IMG/VR virus record: IMGVR_UViG_3300047159_000066
Origin: a virus
Length of the DNA: 64,000 bases
Strand: one strand, 5' to 3'
Shown here one piece after another: positions 19,893-27,538 of the stretch. Position 1 is the stretch's first letter, and each line of letters starts with the position of its first letter. The position numbers and the translations under genes are program-made. Below the pieces are notes generated by a model. The model worked only from the letters and a program-made list of their open reading frames with translations. It was not told where the DNA came from and made no database searches.

Positions 19893-19922
19893 ATGGCGGT
19901 TACATATAAAAATCCTCCATGA
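19893..19922 (+). other. RBS-led mini-ORF MAVTYKNPP
   Basis: AAAGGAAG, 8-nt spacer, ATG...AAT CCT CCA TGA. Confidence 0.4.
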
Positions 19923-19939
19923 CGGTTACTCTTCTATGA

Positions 19940-19971
19940 CGATTCGGTAATCCAATAATATGCGATATGAT
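19940..19971 (+). promoter_or_regulatory. CG(G/A)-extended promoter
   Basis: CGA-TTCGGT-N17-TATGAT. Confidence 0.6.
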
Positions 19972-20008
19972 ATATGCACATCATGAGAAAGGAAAGGTAA
20001 AAAAAATC

Positions 20009-20326
20009 ATGACAAAAGCGAAATTCTTCGATGAGTTCGGTGTCAAGTGCTACCCGCATGCCGTAAAATCTTCTAAGTGCTGGCTGGAGAAGACGACGAC
20101 CTACACGGACGACGGAAGCTACATCGAGCGGAAATACTTCGAATCGGTCAAAGACATGAAGACCTGGATAAAAGAAGAATACAAATCGTTCGCTTCGTGT
20201 GCCACGAAGAAAATGCCGATCGTCGAGAGAGAGAAAGACTTCGGCTCTTATTACTGGCACTTGCTCGAGGACGATGGCGAAAGCTACAACCAAGGCGAGA
20301 CAGTTCAGGGATACGACAGTCTCTGA
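20009..20326 (+). CDS. Hypothetical early protein
   Basis: RBS plus MTKAKFF start. Confidence 0.65.
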   Translation: MTKAKFFDEFGVKCYPHAVKSSKCWLEKTTTYTDDGSYIERKYFESVKDMKTWIKEEYKSFASCATKKMPIVEREKDFGSYYWHLLEDDGESYNQGETVQGYDSL

Positions 20327-20366
20327 CGACGGGTTTGCGGAGACAATCAATAAAGGAAATAAAATC

Positions 20367-20717
20367 ATGGAAAAGAAAGCGCTGGCCGATTTTGTCAGAG
20401 ACCTCGGGATTCCGTATGAAATCTATTTCAGAGACGGGACCGCGTTCGATTTCGGAAAACCGCTTCTTATGGCGATGAAGAAGATCGGGCATTACAAAGG
20501 AGGGAAGCCCATCGATCAGGCATACATCGAGAAGATGACAGAGGATGGATTCATGTGGGACATGGAGGACGCGATGACTGACATCGACGTCATCCGCTCA
20601 GAGGTGAAGGATGGCGTCTGCCATGTCTTCATCGACACTACGGCGGAGAAGCTGATGGCGGATTACGTCCTGCCTGACTGGAACAGACTGTACAGATACG
20701 AGGAGCTCCACAAATAG
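20367..20717 (+). CDS. Hypothetical early protein
   Basis: AAAGGAAA RBS, MEKKALA start. Confidence 0.7.
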   Translation: MEKKALADFVRDLGIPYEIYFRDGTAFDFGKPLLMAMKKIGHYKGGKPIDQAYIEKMTEDGFMWDMEDAMTDIDVIRSEVKDGVCHVFIDTTAEKLMADYVLPDWNRLYRYEELHK

Positions 20718-20726
20718 CCAATCCGG

Positions 20727-20758
20727 CGGTTCGTTTATGCGATCCGATACGCCATAAT
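20727..20758 (+). promoter_or_regulatory. CGG-extended promoter
   Basis: CGG-TTCGTT-N17-CATAAT. Confidence 0.7.
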
Positions 20759-20786
20759 ATAAGTACCATGAAAGGAAATAAGCAAC

Positions 20787-21338
20787 ATGGAAAAGAAAAT
20801 TGTCTCTGTCGTTTTACATGTGACGATCCACAATGACGATCATGCGGTGCGCGCAGCGCGTCTTGTCGTTCACAAGTCAGAGAAAGACGCCGACTCGTAC
20901 GCCAAGCGGATGAGAAGCCGGTTCATCGCCGAGAGCAGAAAGCGGAAGCAGCGGATCATCTACGACGTCCGCGAGAAAGACGACTGGTCCGACGTCAGTC
21001 TGGCCTGCGATGCCGGCCATGGCGTCGAATGCGATCTCTTCATCTTCCGTATGCGTACATCCGCCGGCAGAGCAATCGTCACGCATTCGCTCGGACTCAT
21101 CGTGGGGCCTCGGCTATATGCCGTTACGCCTGTCTCCGGCAAAGAAGCGAAGAAAGCGATGAACGCGCTTCTCGGCGTCCTCACGGACAAAACCTGCGTG
21201 GACGGAGAAAGCGTCTGCATCTGCAAGAGACCCGACATGAGCGAGCTGTCCGTCATTCTCTCATCCAATGACGGCAAGAAGACCGAGATCGACATGGACA
21301 CATGGGCGAAGCTCGTGAAAGTGCCTGATCATGCCTAG
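20787..21338 (+). CDS. Hypothetical early protein
   Basis: Shared leader CCATGAAAGGAAA...CATGGAAAAGA. Confidence 0.7.
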   Translation: MEKKIVSVVLHVTIHNDDHAVRAARLVVHKSEKDADSYAKRMRSRFIAESRKRKQRIIYDVREKDDWSDVSLACDAGHGVECDLFIFRMRTSAGRAIVTHSLGLIVGPRLYAVTPVSGKEAKKAMNALLGVLTDKTCVDGESVCICKRPDMSELSVILSSNDGKKTEIDMDTWAKLVKVPDHA

Positions 21339-21450
21339 GGAATACTATGCGCTCCTAGGCGAGGGCCAGACGACGGAAATGCATTTCTGGTCCTCCCACA
21401 GGCTGAGGAGCAGGGCGAACGTCGAGGACTTCAGAAAAGAGGAGTGGCGG

Positions 21451-21532
21451 CGGTTCCGGCAGAGACATGCGTTCTATACGATATTCAGGGCATAGCCCGG
21501 CGGTTCGTTTCTGAAGAAGGATGCGGCATGAT
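21451..21532 (+). promoter_or_regulatory. Two tandem CGG-extended promoters, 50 bp apart
   Basis: 21451 CGG-TTCCGG-N17-TACGAT; 21501 CGG-TTCGTT-N17-CATGAT. Confidence 0.55.
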
Positions 21533-21556
21533 ATGTATGCAAAATCATGAAAGGAC

Positions 21557-21841
21557 ATGAAAATGGAAAGCAATAAGAGATACCACCTGACTGGCGTATG
21601 CAGATACGAGGGCGGGAAGGAGAAGGACTACACGCTGTCGTTCTATACGAAAGATCAGCTTGACGAGGCGATGGAGGGGCGGCATGACGAATGCATCTTC
21701 CAGGATCCCAATCCCGGCCGGAAGCTGATGATCCGCAAGGACACCTACGCCAAAGGCTGCGAGACGTTCACGGTGGAGTACACGGACTCCGACAAGACCA
21801 GAGGCCTTCAGTCGGTGACGGTGACGGGAAGCAAGCTCTGA
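21557..21841 (+). CDS. Hypothetical early protein
   Basis: AAAGGA RBS; start may be 21563. Confidence 0.7.
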   Translation: MKMESNKRYHLTGVCRYEGGKEKDYTLSFYTKDQLDEAMEGRHDECIFQDPNPGRKLMIRKDTYAKGCETFTVEYTDSDKTRGLQSVTVTGSKL

Positions 21842-21847
21842 AAGGAG

Positions 21848-22073
21848 GGGCTTCGCCGGCCCCGAAGAGGGGATGCGCACATGGTAATGGGTCTGTATGC
21901 GCGTCCCTTCCTCCGGGCCGGCGAGGTCCGATGATCGTAAATCCTCCAATCGGATCGGTTAAAGTTTTTCCAGCCGGTTAGAGGGGCCGATAGGCGGCGT
22001 CGTAAACCATTTCGATTCCGCCACATGGGCAGTTGCGGCCTGCCGATATTTGATTTCCTTGGTATCGGCGGGC
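21848..22073 (+). ncRNA. Candidate structured RNA (four consecutive hairpins) upstream of the tRNA
   Basis: 32-bp stem 21848-21879/21898-21929 with G-U pairs; further stems at 21943-21984, 21993-22022 and 22038-22073. Confidence 0.45.
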
Positions 22074-22078
22074 ATTAC

Positions 22079-22153
22079 GGTTCTGTAGGTAAACGGCTAT
22101 ACCGGGCTCCTTATAAGGGCTTATCGAATGTCCGACTCATTCCAGAACCACCA
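22079..22153 (+). tRNA. tRNA-Ile(UAU), CCA encoded
   Basis: Cloverleaf GGTTCTG TA GGTA AACGGCTA TACC G GGCTC CT-TAT-AA GGGCT TATC GAATG TCCGACT CATTC CAGAACC A CCA; anticodon at 22112-22114. Confidence 0.85.
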
Positions 22154-22191
22154 TTTATACAAATGCCGAAAGGGAAAGGAGGCAAAGCCAA

Positions 22192-22356
22192 ATGGATGAC
22201 GATTATGATCTGATCGAGAAGATGAAGAAGGATGCGGACAGAAGCATGACGGGGATGACGGACGTCACCATCTACAACCCGCAGGGCAAGGCGGACCACA
22301 TCAAGGTGGTCTCCAACGGGAACGGTTTCTATTCGGTTTTCCATGACAGATATTAG
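22192..22356 (+). CDS. Hypothetical 54-aa protein (copy 1)
   Basis: AAAGGAGG RBS, MDDDYDLIEK...FHDRY*. Confidence 0.6.
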   Translation: MDDDYDLIEKMKKDADRSMTGMTDVTIYNPQGKADHIKVVSNGNGFYSVFHDRY

Positions 22357-22360
22357 CCGA

Positions 22361-22392
22361 CGGTTCGCTTACGGGGCGCGGCGTGATACAAT
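22361..22392 (+). promoter_or_regulatory. CGG-extended promoter (duplicated at 23494-23525)
   Basis: CGG-TTCGCT-N17-TACAAT. Confidence 0.7.
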
Positions 22393-22425
22393 ATATGCGT
22401 AAAGACTGAAAGGAGATAAAATCAC

Positions 22426-22893
22426 ATGAACAGTCTTAATGAGGAAGAGACGAAGGAAGAGGAAGAGACGGCCGAGACGGACGAGAAGCCGCTAAAAGAA
22501 GACTACGCTTCGTTCAGCTGCTCAGGCCTCTTCAAAGACGAAGAGGTGGAAGTAGACGGCGTGAAATACAAGGTGTCAGGAACCTGCACGGTAACAGGCG
22601 ACGTCAGCGCCTGGATTTCGCACGGCGAAAAAACGTACGTTCCTTACGGAGAAGGCAGCGTCCTGTACGACGACGGCTCAGAGCGGGAGTTCGACGCGTC
22701 AGATATTGATGACGTATCCGTCGAGGACGTCGAGATAGACGACTGCGTCTACGCGGATGGCACCGAGCTGCCTGAAGGCGTCGAGACGGAAGAGCTGGAC
22801 AACAAGATAATAGAAGAGCTCGAAGAATCGCTGCCAAGCGACATCGAGCCTGACATAGACGAAGACGACATCAACTGGGATTCGCTGGATTAG
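22426..22893 (+). CDS. Chimeric ORF: first 23 codons of the 23559 gene fused to an acidic foreign domain
   Basis: Junction at 22493/22494 (EKPL|KEDYASF). Confidence 0.55.
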   Translation: MNSLNEEETKEEEETAETDEKPLKEDYASFSCSGLFKDEEVEVDGVKYKVSGTCTVTGDVSAWISHGEKTYVPYGEGSVLYDDGSEREFDASDIDDVSVEDVEIDDCVYADGTELPEGVETEELDNKIIEELEESLPSDIEPDIDEDDINWDSLD

Positions 22894-22908
22894 GAGAGCG
22901 GGCAGGCC

Positions 22909-23346
22909 ATGGATTTGCTTGAGGCTTTCGACGCGCTGGACGTCATAGCGGAATCTGCCGAGCTGACTGAGGGGACTTCTAAGTGGAAGTCCATCAACCT
23001 CGATCTTTTCGAATCCGGAGAAAACAACGCGCTGTACATAACAGGCGCGCCCGGAAGCGGCAAATCGACTTTGGCGAAAGAGCTGTCCGTTAAGTACGGC
23101 GCCAAGATAATCGCGCTTGACAACTCGTGGCTCGGCGGCATAGTACCAGGCGACGACATGGGCAGTTGCGGCCTGCCGATATTTGATTTCCTTGGTATCG
23201 GCGGGCATTACGGTTCTGTAGGTAAACGGCTATACCGGGCTCCTTATAAGGGCTTATCGAATGTCCGACTCATTCCAGAACCACCATTTATACAAATGCC
23301 GAAAGGGAAAGGAGGCAAAGCCAAATGGATGACGATTATGATCTGA
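22909..23346 (+). pseudogene. Truncated P-loop kinase/NTPase reading into repeat copy 2
   Basis: YITGAPGSGKST Walker A; the unique sequence ends at 23155 and the rest of the ORF crosses the tRNA. Confidence 0.6.
23212..23286 (+). tRNA. tRNA-Ile(UAU), second identical copy
   Basis: Same cloverleaf inside repeat copy 2. Confidence 0.8.
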
Positions 23347-23489
23347 TCGAGAAGATGAAGAAGGATGCGGACAGAAGCATGACGGGGATGACGGACGTCA
23401 CCATCTACAACCCGCAGGGCAAGGCGGACCACATCAAGGTGGTCTCCAACGGGAACGGTTTCTATTCGGTTTTCCATGACAGATATTAG
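23325..23489 (+). CDS. Hypothetical 54-aa protein (copy 2)
   Basis: Identical to 22192-22356. Confidence 0.6.
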   Translation: MDDDYDLIEKMKKDADRSMTGMTDVTIYNPQGKADHIKVVSNGNGFYSVFHDRY

Positions 23490-23558
23490 CCGACGGTTCG
23501 CTTACGGGGCGCGGCGTGATACAATATATGCGTAAAGACTGAAAGGAGATAAAATCAC

Positions 23559-23942
23559 ATGAACAGTCTTAATGAGGAAGAGACGAAGGAAGAGGAAGAG
23601 ACGGCCGAGACGGACGAGAAGCCGCTTGACGACAAGGACCTTGACCGGCTCTCGGAGATCATCACTGAGCTCACCAAGGCGGACGGGGACAAGGCCGAGA
23701 AGAAGGAGATCATGGACAAGCTGATCGTGTTCTTCCGGGAGACTGGGCGCAAGTCCTATCGCACGAAGGATCTCGTCATCCGCTTCGTCGATGACCGCGA
23801 CACGCTCTCCTTCGACATCGACATGCTCAAGGACAAGTACCCGGCCATCTGGAAGGAATGCCATAAGGTCCATCACCGGGACGCGAACGTCAACATCCAC
23901 AAGATCAGCGGCATCCCCGCCAAGAAAGCCGAGGCGAAGTAG
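23559..23942 (+). CDS. Hypothetical protein
   Basis: AAAGGAG RBS; FDIDMLKDKYPAIW motif of a kind common in small phage proteins. Confidence 0.7.
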   Translation: MNSLNEEETKEEEETAETDEKPLDDKDLDRLSEIITELTKADGDKAEKKEIMDKLIVFFRETGRKSYRTKDLVIRFVDDRDTLSFDIDMLKDKYPAIWKECHKVHHRDANVNIHKISGIPAKKAEAK

Positions 23943-24008
23943 CCGTCAGAGGATGCAGCCGAGGGGCCCCTCCGGGCCCTTAGGCGATCCAGAAAGAGAA
24001 AGTCAGAC

Positions 24009-24335
24009 ATGCGCATCACGTACAAGCAGATGATCGACGAAGGTCTTATCGACAGAACCGACGAGGAATTCATCTACAGCATCGAGGGCGACGACTCGGA
24101 CTATGTCCGGGATACCGCCGTCAAAGAGGCGTGCGATGCGGCGGGAAGCACGATCGAGGACCTTGACGACATGATGGGGGACGACACGATACAGTCGAGG
24201 TTCTATGTGGATTTCCTTGAGCCGAAGGAGGTGAACGGAATATCCTTCTCCGACATGCCCGGCATCACGCTCGCCTATGATTACGCGGACGCCCTCAAAT
24301 GGGCGAAGGAGCTGGTCAGGAAGAAGCTGTCCTAG
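24009..24335 (+). CDS. Hypothetical acidic protein
   Basis: ORF track; codon style consistent with neighbours. Confidence 0.65.
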   Translation: MRITYKQMIDEGLIDRTDEEFIYSIEGDDSDYVRDTAVKEACDAAGSTIEDLDDMMGDDTIQSRFYVDFLEPKEVNGISFSDMPGITLAYDYADALKWAKELVRKKLS

Positions 24336-24357
24336 GACATAGGGCAGGCGCAGAGGA

Positions 24358-24384
24358 GAAAGGCCTTCGGACAGAAGGCCTTTT
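24358..24384 (+). terminator. Rho-independent terminator
   Basis: AAAGGCCTTC-GGACA-GAAGGCCTTTT. Confidence 0.65.
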
Positions 24385-24395
24385 CATATGGCCGG

Positions 24396-24427
24396 CGGTT
24401 CGTTTACCAGGCACGGCATGAGATAAT
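24396..24427 (+). promoter_or_regulatory. CGG-extended promoter
   Basis: CGG-TTCGTT-N17-GATAAT. Confidence 0.7.
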
Positions 24428-24453
24428 ATATGTATGAAGAAAGGAGGAAGGCA

Positions 24454-24603
24454 ATGACCAAGGAACGCCTTCTTGACGCGATCAGGCAGATACGGGACGA
24501 GCTCTATCTCCACATCAACGGCTCAGAGGTCGACGCGTATTACGCGCCGGCGCTTGACGAGCTGGAGAGGATGGTGAAAGACGGGAAGGAGAAGGCCCGA
24601 TGA
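24454..24603 (+). CDS. Hypothetical 49-aa protein
   Basis: AAAGGAGG RBS, MTKERLLDAI...; ATGA overlap with the next gene. Confidence 0.6.
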   Translation: MTKERLLDAIRQIRDELYLHINGSEVDAYYAPALDELERMVKDGKEKAR

Positions 24604-25040
24604 ACGCGTCGCACAGCGGTGTGTTCTCCCACAGCACCGACGAATGGGAGACGCCCCAGGATTTCTACGACCGGCTTAACGCGGAATTCCACTTCACCCT
24701 TGACCCGTGCGCCACGGAGACGACGCACAAATGCGCCAGATGGTACGGCGCCGCCGACGACGGCCTGTCGAAGGACTGGGGAGGCGAGCATGTGTTCTGC
24801 AACCCGCCCTACTCCCAGGCGGCGGCATGGGCGAGGAAGTGCTTCGAGGAGTCGAGGAAGCCCGGGACGGTCGTCGTCCTGCTGATCCCCTCGCGCACCG
24901 ACACGCGGTATTTCCACAGCTACATCTACAACCGGTCCGAGCTCCGCTTCGTGAAGGGGCGCCTGCGGTTCAGCAAGAAGCTGCCCGCGCCGTTCCCCAG
25001 CATGGTGGCGGTCTTCAGAGGCCCCGACCCCGATGATTAA
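24600..25040 (+). CDS. Phage Dam-family DNA N6-adenine methyltransferase
   Basis: DEWETPQDF, FTLDPCA, DGL..W, CNPPYS, LIPSRTDTRYFH, GRLRF, APFPS motifs. Confidence 0.9.
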   Translation: MNASHSGVFSHSTDEWETPQDFYDRLNAEFHFTLDPCATETTHKCARWYGAADDGLSKDWGGEHVFCNPPYSQAAAWARKCFEESRKPGTVVVLLIPSRTDTRYFHSYIYNRSELRFVKGRLRFSKKLPAPFPSMVAVFRGPDPDD

Positions 25041-25111
25041 GCATTCTGTACTGGACGATGCGGGAAGAGGCCTCAGAGGCCGAATAAACAAAGGAAAAGG
25101 AGATTCTGACC

Positions 25112-25657
25112 ATGGGAAGCAGTAAGATCGACGGAAGACTGTTCGTGATGTTCAGGCCTGAGCTGGCCTCAAGTGGGTATTCGAAGAACCACGCAAAGTT
25201 CGTCCTCAGCTCGTCGATCGGGCGCATGTACGTCCCGACGTTCATGCAGGACTGGGGATGGTGCCGGTTCGGCTTCAGCGATCCGTCCGACCACAGGATG
25301 ATCGTCGAGGCATGCGGGAAGAACGAGTCCGGCGCGCTCAGGATAAGCACGACGAACAGACGGCTCGTCATCTACAACAGGCCGCTGTACGAGAAGATCG
25401 CGGCCATCGCCGGCGTCGACACGAAGCATATGAGCTGCAATGAGCCGACGGGCTGGCGCGTCAAATGGAACACAGCGGAGTCCGGGCCGAGATGGGTCGA
25501 GTTCGATCTGGAGAAGGCGCAGAAGCAGCAGACGGGACGGTACGCGAGGCGGAAGAAGGGACCCATTGGAAAGGACGCGGAGGATGGAGACAGAGGAGAG
25601 AAAAGAGGGGATGACGGCGCTGGAGCAGGTTCGCCTGACGGACTCATTAAGGGATGA
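25112..25657 (+). CDS. Hypothetical protein
   Basis: AAGGAG RBS. Confidence 0.65.
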   Translation: MGSSKIDGRLFVMFRPELASSGYSKNHAKFVLSSSIGRMYVPTFMQDWGWCRFGFSDPSDHRMIVEACGKNESGALRISTTNRRLVIYNRPLYEKIAAIAGVDTKHMSCNEPTGWRVKWNTAESGPRWVEFDLEKAQKQQTGRYARRKKGPIGKDAEDGDRGEKRGDDGAGAGSPDGLIKG

Positions 25658-25910
25658 GGCGCTGAAGGCGGGGGAGGGGATGCGGGAGAAGGCCGCGTCC
25701 GGCCCCCTGTCCGACGTGCCGCTGGAGGAGGCGGGGCTGACGATCGGCGCCTGCCGCTTCCTGCGGTCCATCGGGGTGTCGACGGCGGGAGGGCTCATGG
25801 CGATGACCGACGCCGCGCTGCGCGGCGCGGGCCTCCCCGAGCGGGAGGTGCTGAAGGCGCGCGAGGCGCTGAGGGCGTATGCGGAAGAGCGCGACGGAAC
25901 AGCTCGCTGA
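25584..25910 (+). CDS. RNA polymerase alpha-CTD-like protein
   Basis: DVPLEEAGLTIGACRFLRSIGVSTAGGLMAMTDAALR follows the alpha-CTD pattern (PIEELxLSxRxxNCLxxxGIxTVGDL); start may be 25611. Confidence 0.6.
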   Translation: METEERKEGMTALEQVRLTDSLRDEALKAGEGMREKAASGPLSDVPLEEAGLTIGACRFLRSIGVSTAGGLMAMTDAALRGAGLPEREVLKAREALRAYAEERDGTAR

Positions 25911-26124
25911 CCGGCCGGCCGGCAAGCCGTACTGCGTGGCGTTCTGCCTGACGGACCCGCCCCTGGCGTCGTCCCTGCTGGAGATCAGATGGACGGTCCG
26001 GCATCCGACGGGGGACGCGTGGACGAGGGCGTGGATGCGGAAGGAGGGCCGGAGGCTGGCGGCGGAGAAGGGCGCCGACGTCTATGTGTACGTCCGCGAC
26101 TTCGGAAAGGAGCGCGGGATATGA
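25879..26124 (+). CDS. Hypothetical protein
   Basis: Overlapping operon arrangement. Confidence 0.5.
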   Translation: MRKSATEQLADRPAGKPYCVAFCLTDPPLASSLLEIRWTVRHPTGDAWTRAWMRKEGRRLAAEKGADVYVYVRDFGKERGI

Positions 26125-26327
26125 ACGCGATCGATCTGCTGAGGCAGTGGAGAAGGGACGCGGACTGGTGCGAGCGCCACGCGGGGGAGAACCCCTCCGA
26201 TCTGACGGAGCGCGCCGATCTGACGGAGGGCTATCTGGAGAGGGAGCGGGAGATGTCGGGCATCAGGGGACGCCTCATCTCCGAGTACGGCATCGATCCC
26301 CTGAGATACGAGAGGAGAACCAAATGA
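26121..26327 (+). CDS. Hypothetical protein
   Basis: AAAGGAG RBS, ATGA overlap, MNAIDLL start. Confidence 0.6.
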   Translation: MNAIDLLRQWRRDADWCERHAGENPSDLTERADLTEGYLEREREMSGIRGRLISEYGIDPLRYERRTK

Positions 26328-26545
26328 GCGATCTGAGATCCCTGCTGGACGACGTCGGGCTGCTGTACGGGATGTGCGCGCCGCGGACGATCAACGACGT
26401 ATGGGACGCGGCGTCCGCGAAGGCGCGGCTTGACGCGGCGATCCATGAATTATGCAAGACGCCTGCCGCGGCCCCGGCGGTTTCCGTTCATGCGAAGAAA
26501 AAGACGGCCGCGCATAAGAAGGCGCGGAATGGCAAAGGGTCCTGA
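26324..26545 (+). CDS. Hypothetical protein
   Basis: GAGGAG RBS, ATGA overlap, MSDLRS start. Confidence 0.6.
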   Translation: MSDLRSLLDDVGLLYGMCAPRTINDVWDAASAKARLDAAIHELCKTPAAAPAVSVHAKKKTAAHKKARNGKGS

Positions 26546-26876
26546 GAAGAAAACCCAGGACGCCATCCTCGCCCTCCTCAGGGGCTACACGGCACAGGGG
26601 CTTCCTGTCGTGGCGTTCCGCAGACAGGCCGGCGCCTTAGGGCATGACGGCCTGCCGGACCTCTACGCCGTCGTCGCGGGAAGGCACCTGGAGATCGAGG
26701 TCAAGTCGAAGACCGGGACGCTCGGCCCCCTTCAGCGGAAGTGGGGGGAGATCATCCGGTCGGCGGGAGGGGAATGGATCTGCGCCGACGATCCCGCCCA
26801 GGTCAAGGCCCTCGTCGAGAGGATTCTGACGCAGGAGGGCGCGTTCGACGTCATCCGGAAGTCGATAGGGCTCTGA
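26529..26876 (+). CDS. VRR-NUC nuclease (Holliday-junction-resolvase-like)
   Basis: PEKKTQDAI...GLPDL...IEVKS..G.L.PLQ motif. Confidence 0.85.
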   Translation: MAKGPEKKTQDAILALLRGYTAQGLPVVAFRRQAGALGHDGLPDLYAVVAGRHLEIEVKSKTGTLGPLQRKWGEIIRSAGGEWICADDPAQVKALVERILTQEGAFDVIRKSIGL

Positions 26877-26879
26877 CGG

Positions 26880-27360
26880 TCCCGCTTCCTTCCTATATAT
26901 TACTTCCTTATTAAGCGGGTTCCTTTGAGAACAGAAAACCGATTCGCGAAAAAAATCGGTTTTTTTTATTTTCGGAGGGGGGCCCCGGGGGCCGCGGTGG
27001 GCCATGGGTGAAAAGGTGAGAGCTTTCACCTATCCATTTATTCATTATATAAAGATCATCATACTTAAACCTTTACATTTGATTTTTATGATGAACAAGA
27101 ATTTATTTATATTCACTTCTTCACTTTTTTAAAAATAAGATCCTAAAAAATCCTTTTGTTTATCTTCGTTTTTTCCGTCCGAAAAAAAAGTGAGATGATA
27201 GGTGAGAGAAAGGTGCACCTGTGATCTCACCCGTCCTTCTCACCCAGAAATGAGTTTTCGTCAATCCGTGTCCTTTGCGTGTGTAAAGTTCGGTCCGCCG
27301 GAAAAGTGAGATGAAGTTCCTCTCACCTGACATCTCACCTGACATCTCACTTTTTCAGCT
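26880..27360. repeat. Candidate replication origin: GTGAGA/TCTCAC iterons plus an AT-rich tract
   Basis: GTGAGA at 27016, 27190, 27202, 27306; TCTCAC at 27225, 27238, 27321, 27333, 27345; palindrome AGGTGCACCT at 27211-27220; AT-rich from about 27030 to 27180. Confidence 0.55.
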
Positions 27361-27483
27361 CGCCAGATCTTGACTCTTTTTTAAATGCTGTTTTAGCCTT
27401 CGCGGCGCTCCCGAGGCCGCAAGGGGACATCGCCCGGCGCCATGCCTCCGTCCCGCAGGGCGGAGCGATCCCGGCCTCATTCT

Positions 27484-27519
27484 CTGTATTCAGGCCTTCG
27501 CGCGTGATATAATCAAGGC
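27484..27519 (+). promoter_or_regulatory. Second-class promoter
   Basis: CTGTATTC-N16-TATAAT-CAAGGC, repeated at 29374. Confidence 0.6.
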
Positions 27520-27538
27520 TGAACGGAGGGCTGGGATC

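Larger units (their letters stand above)
22023..22493. repeat. 471-bp direct repeat, copy 1
   Basis: Identical by eye to 23156-23626 (offset 1133). Confidence 0.9.
23156..23626. repeat. 471-bp direct repeat, copy 2
   Basis: Identical by eye to 22023-22493. Confidence 0.9.

Noticed and set aside
22023..23626. Transposon or integrative element at the tRNA
   Set aside because: There is no transposase or integrase and no terminal inverted repeats, and the duplication extends far beyond the tRNA on both sides.
15646..26900. 13-bp match CCTTCCTATATAT at 15646 and 26888 as a recombination site
   Set aside because: It is low complexity and short, so chance is plausible, and no recombinase is present.
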